Source: an uncultured Candidatus Rokubacteria bacterium (GTDB lineage: Bacteria > Methylomirabilota > Methylomirabilia > Rokubacteriales > CSP1-6). From it: a stretch of DNA of 64,000 bases. A program made the translations under genes and the position numbers. This document shows, piece by piece, positions 60,996-64,000 of this stretch; within the stretch, counting starts at the first letter, position 1; every line of letters begins with the position of its first letter. The notes below the pieces were generated by a model that was not told where the DNA came from, made no database searches, and was given only the letters and a program-made list of their open reading frames with translations. The stretch lies in the NCBI GenBank assembly GCA_963789955.1, contig CAWBMV010000022.1:224001-288000 (forward strand), written 5' to 3'.

Positions 60996-61196
60996 GAGTA
61001 ACCGAGGCCGCCGGGTGAAAGGCGGACGGGCAATCGTAGCGTCTTCTACTGCTGTGAATTCTCTCGTGCGCGATACATCACCGCGGCCGCGATCGCCGAG
61101 TCCCTGGCCAACTCGAAGCCGTGATGACACCCGATGACAGGAGGCTAGGCGAAGAGCGGCGGAAAGACTGGGCGCTCTGACGAGTGATGTGCGGTC

Positions 61197-61259
61197 GCAT
61201 AGCAACTCACTTCAGCCAACCGGCTTCGGCGGCGGCTGAGTTCGACGCGACCGTTATGT
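61197..61259 (+). other. degenerate attC site 11
   Basis: GCATAGC (AAC to AGC)..CTTCAGCC..GGCTGAG..GTTATGT. Confidence 0.65.
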
Positions 61260-61310
61260 GGACAGAGCGTCGAGGGATCGAGGGCCGGAATGTGGAGAGG
61301 AGGCTTAGCC

Positions 61311-61862
61311 ATGTTCGATGTAGACCGATTCATTGCCGACTGTCGACACGCGGGTGCGGCGAGCGGTTCGCCGGGCGTACTTGAAGCCGTAGCGAGAGCC
61401 GTCGCCACTCCGGCAGCAGTTCTCAAGGCGCTGGGGGAGCCACAACGGGCGGCCGTCCAGGTCCTCCACCGATCGCCTGAAATGACGATCTTTAACCTCA
61501 TCTGGGGACCGCGGATGTGTCAGCTGCCTCATAACCACGGGATGTGGGCCGTCATCGGCATCTACACGGGTCGGGAGGACAACATCTTCTGGCGGCGGGC
61601 CGGAGCTCCCGACAGCCGGATCGAGGCCGCCGGAGCAAGGGCGCTCAGCGCCAGGGAGGCGGTGCCCCTGGGGCCTGACATCATCCACTCCGTGGTCAAT
61701 CCGATCAGGCGCCTGACCGGGGCGATTCACGTGTACGGAGGCGACTTTTTCGCGGTGGATCGCAGCGAATGGGACCCCGAATCCCTTGTGGAAGAACCGT
61801 ACGATGTTGCGAAGACATTCGCGCTGTTCGAGGAATCCAACCGTCTGTACCCACCAGTTTGA
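61311..61862 (+). CDS. cupin/cysteine dioxygenase-like protein, paralog of cassette 2
   Basis: MFDVDRF..PHNHGMWAVIGIYTGREDNI..IIHSVVNPIRRLTGAIHVYGGDFF; GAGGAGG RBS. Confidence 0.82.
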   Translation: MFDVDRFIADCRHAGAASGSPGVLEAVARAVATPAAVLKALGEPQRAAVQVLHRSPEMTIFNLIWGPRMCQLPHNHGMWAVIGIYTGREDNIFWRRAGAPDSRIEAAGARALSAREAVPLGPDIIHSVVNPIRRLTGAIHVYGGDFFAVDRSEWDPESLVEEPYDVAKTFALFEESNRLYPPV

Positions 61863-61950
61863 CCGGCGTTAGGCGCGGTAGGCCGAACCCAAAGGATGGA
61901 TACCCCATGGGGACTGTACTGATCACTGGCCGGTAGGCCGGAACCAGCAG

Positions 61951-62940
61951 ATGGCGACCAATCCAGCCAAACGGCAAGTCTCGACGTCAAAGAGCTCGGT
62001 CATACGCTGGCTGCTTGATTCTGACCCTTCGATCCGCTGGCAGGTGATGCGCGACCTGACTGATGCGCCCGCGGACGAGGTCGGGGCCGAGCGTGCACGG
62101 GTCGCGACCGAGGGCGCGGGCGCGCGGCTGCTCGCCCTCCAGGCGCCCGACGGGCGGTGGGGCGGCGCGGCGTGGAACCGCGGGTGGGACTCCACGATGC
62201 ACGTCCTGTCGCTCCTGCGGGAGATGGGTCTCGATCCCGCCAGCGACGAGGCACGGCGCGCGGTGGGCCTCGTCCGCGACCGCGTGACGTGGCAAGGATG
62301 CGGTCCGCAGGAAGCGGACGACAACCCCTTCTTCGCCGGCGAGGTCGAGCCCTGCATCAACGGGCAGGTCGGGGCGGTCGGCGCCTACTTCGGCCAGGAC
62401 GTCCGGGGCATCGTCGACCGGCTGCTCGCCGAGCAGCTGCCCGACGGCGGCTGGAACTGCGAGGCCGCCAACGGCTCGACGCGGTCGTCGTTCAACACCA
62501 CGATCTGCGTGCTCGAAGCCCTGCTCGAATACGAACGGGCCGTCGGGGCCAGCCCAGAGGTGACCGGGGCCCGTCTCCGCGGGCAGGAGTACCTCCTCGA
62601 GCGCCGCCTCTTCCGCCGGAGGTCGACCGGCGAGGTGATCGAGCGAGATCGCAAGGGCGACGCCGCGTGGACGCGCTTCGCCTTCCCGACGTGGTGGCAT
62701 TACGACGTGCTGCGGGGGCTCGAGTACCTGCGCCGCGCCGGCGTCGCGCCCGACGAGCGCGTAGCCGAGGCGATCGACCTGGTGGTGTCGAAGCGCGACG
62801 ACGACGGCAGGTGGCCGCTCGAGACCCAGTACCCCGGCAAGATGCCGGTCGAGACGGACGAGGGCGAGGGCCGGCCGAGCCGGTGGAACACCCTCCGCGC
62901 CTTACGAGTGTTGGACTGGTATTCGCGATCCGGGAGCTGA
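61951..62940 (+). CDS. prenyltransferase/squalene-cyclase-repeat-like protein
   Basis: WLLDSDPSIRWQ, LQAPDGRWG, EQLPDGGWNC, WHYDVLRGL, SRWNTLRAL. Confidence 0.78.
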   Translation: MATNPAKRQVSTSKSSVIRWLLDSDPSIRWQVMRDLTDAPADEVGAERARVATEGAGARLLALQAPDGRWGGAAWNRGWDSTMHVLSLLREMGLDPASDEARRAVGLVRDRVTWQGCGPQEADDNPFFAGEVEPCINGQVGAVGAYFGQDVRGIVDRLLAEQLPDGGWNCEAANGSTRSSFNTTICVLEALLEYERAVGASPEVTGARLRGQEYLLERRLFRRRSTGEVIERDRKGDAAWTRFAFPTWWHYDVLRGLEYLRRAGVAPDERVAEAIDLVVSKRDDDGRWPLETQYPGKMPVETDEGEGRPSRWNTLRALRVLDWYSRSGS

Positions 62941-62943
62941 GGT

Positions 62944-63443
62944 GTGGATACGTCGGAAAGCCAGGAGACGAGAACGGCAGCGTCTTGCGGTGCCATCGGG
63001 TGCTGCGCCATCCGCCAGAGCGAGTCTTTGAAGCCTTCGCCAAGCCCGAACTGCTCGCACGCTGGTGGGGACCAGACGGCTTCACGAACACCTTCGAGGT
63101 GTTCGAGTTTAGAGTTGGCGGCCGCTGGAAGTTAGTGATGCATGGACCGAACGGCTCACACCATCCCAATGAGAGCGTCTTTCTCGAGCTGATGGCTCCG
63201 TCCACCGTGGTCATCCACCACGTGTCGCCGCCGCGTTTCGTGTTGAGGGTGACTCTCGCGACGTGCGCAGGCGGAACGGCGATCGAATGGGCTCAGGAGT
63301 TCGAAGACAGCACGGTCGTCGACCGCATCAGGCACATCGCAGAGCCGGCGAATGAGCAGAACCTGAACCGGCTTCAGGCTGTGCTCGCTGGTGAGGAATC
63401 ATGGAGGCCGCAAGAAGCGAGGACAAGTCTCCATCTCGGCTGA
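62944..63443 (+). CDS. SRPBCC/AHSA1 (START-like) domain protein; start frame uncertain
   Basis: HPPERVFEAF..LARWWGPDGFTNT..FRVGGRWKLVMHGPNG. Confidence 0.8.
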
Positions 63444-63796
63444 TAGACGAGCGGATCAAGGAGCTGGGCGACTGGCGGGGCAAGATGCTCTCACGGCTCC
63501 GCACATTGATCAAGCAAGCCGACCCCGAGGTGGTCGAGGAGTGGAAGTGGAGAGGGGTTCCGGTATGGTCTCACGACGGATTGATCTGCACCGGCGAGAC
63601 GTACAAGAACGTCGTGAAGATGACCTTTGCCAAGGGGGCCGCACTCGAGGACCCATCAGGCCTCTTCAACTCCAGCCTCGAGGGCAACACCAGGCGTGCC
63701 ATCGACTTCCACGAGGGCGAGAAGATTGACGAGGAGGCATTGAAGGCTCTTATTCGCGCGGCCGTGACGCTGAACGCGTCCCGCGCCCGCGGCTGA
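63401..63796 (+). CDS. DUF1801 (YdhG-like) protein
   Basis: LGDWRG..LRTLIKQADP..EEWKWRGVPVW..KMTFAKGA..RRAIDF. Confidence 0.85.
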   Translation: MEAARSEDKSPSRLIDERIKELGDWRGKMLSRLRTLIKQADPEVVEEWKWRGVPVWSHDGLICTGETYKNVVKMTFAKGAALEDPSGLFNSSLEGNTRRAIDFHEGEKIDEEALKALIRAAVTLNASRARG

Positions 63797-63812
63797 TCGC
63801 GCTGAAGGGGGC

Positions 63813-64000
63813 ATGATGTCGGTCCGCGCGTTCTACGACGAACTGGCACCTCTGTATCACCTCGTTTACGACAACTGGGAGACGACCGTCGCGCGGCAGG
63901 GTGCGGCGCTGGCGTCGCTCATTGCCGAATACTGGGGAGCCGATGCGCGCGCGGTGCTGGACGCGGCGCTGGGCATCGGTACCCAAGGGCTGGGACTTCT
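63813..64000 (+). CDS. class I SAM-dependent methyltransferase (5' part, runs off the window)
   Basis: MSVRAFYDELAPLYHLVY..VLDAALGIGTQ. Confidence 0.8.
   Translation, partial: MMSVRAFYDELAPLYHLVYDNWETTVARQGAALASLIAEYWGADARAVLDAALGIGTQGLGL

Larger units (their letters stand above)
52340..64000 (+). mobile_element. integron: co-oriented intI pseudogene, candidate attI and cassette array (probably continues beyond the window)
   Basis: IntI homolog followed by short same-strand genes separated by attC sites; visibly lower GC than the flank. Confidence 0.93.

Noticed and set aside
53768..61259. attC-separated array as CRISPR or REP/terminator series
   Set aside because: Sites have R''/L''/L'/R' boxes, flank whole genes and follow an intI; no cas genes
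61951..62940. Squalene-hopene cyclase or terpene cluster
   Set aside because: Only 329 aa with QxxDGxW-type repeats and no DXDD motif or terpene pathway neighbours
1..64000. tRNA, rRNA or known riboswitch genes
   Set aside because: None recognised by eye; a tRNAscan/Rfam run would be needed to exclude them fully

Overview
High-GC bacterial chromosomal DNA. The gene content (tandem family-5 solute-binding proteins, several luciferase-like monooxygenases, amidohydrolases) resembles Candidatus Rokubacteria/Methylomirabilota, but that is an inference. About 20 otherwise intact genes carry single-base frameshifts, most likely long-read consensus errors. Bases 1-52.2 kb are mostly catabolic, redox and transport genes. 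They also include a GAF/PAS kinase, a giant poly-HAMP hybrid kinase with a partner hybrid kinase, a secreted beta-helix protein, an IS remnant and several internally deleted gene relics. Two structured non-coding elements stand out: a dispersed 52-bp hairpin repeat with compensatory changes and a perfect 38-bp inverted repeat. From 52.3 kb to the window end lies an integron. Its intI is co-oriented with the array and inactivated by two deletions. A candidate attI sits at about 53191, followed by at least 12 cassette units: 8 intact attC sites, 1 half-deleted, 2 degenerate and 1 lone R' box, decaying with distance from attI. Cassette cargo includes a toxin-antitoxin pair, two cupin paralogs, two HCxEC-motif proteins of unknown function, and a methyltransferase with Tgs1-like motifs.
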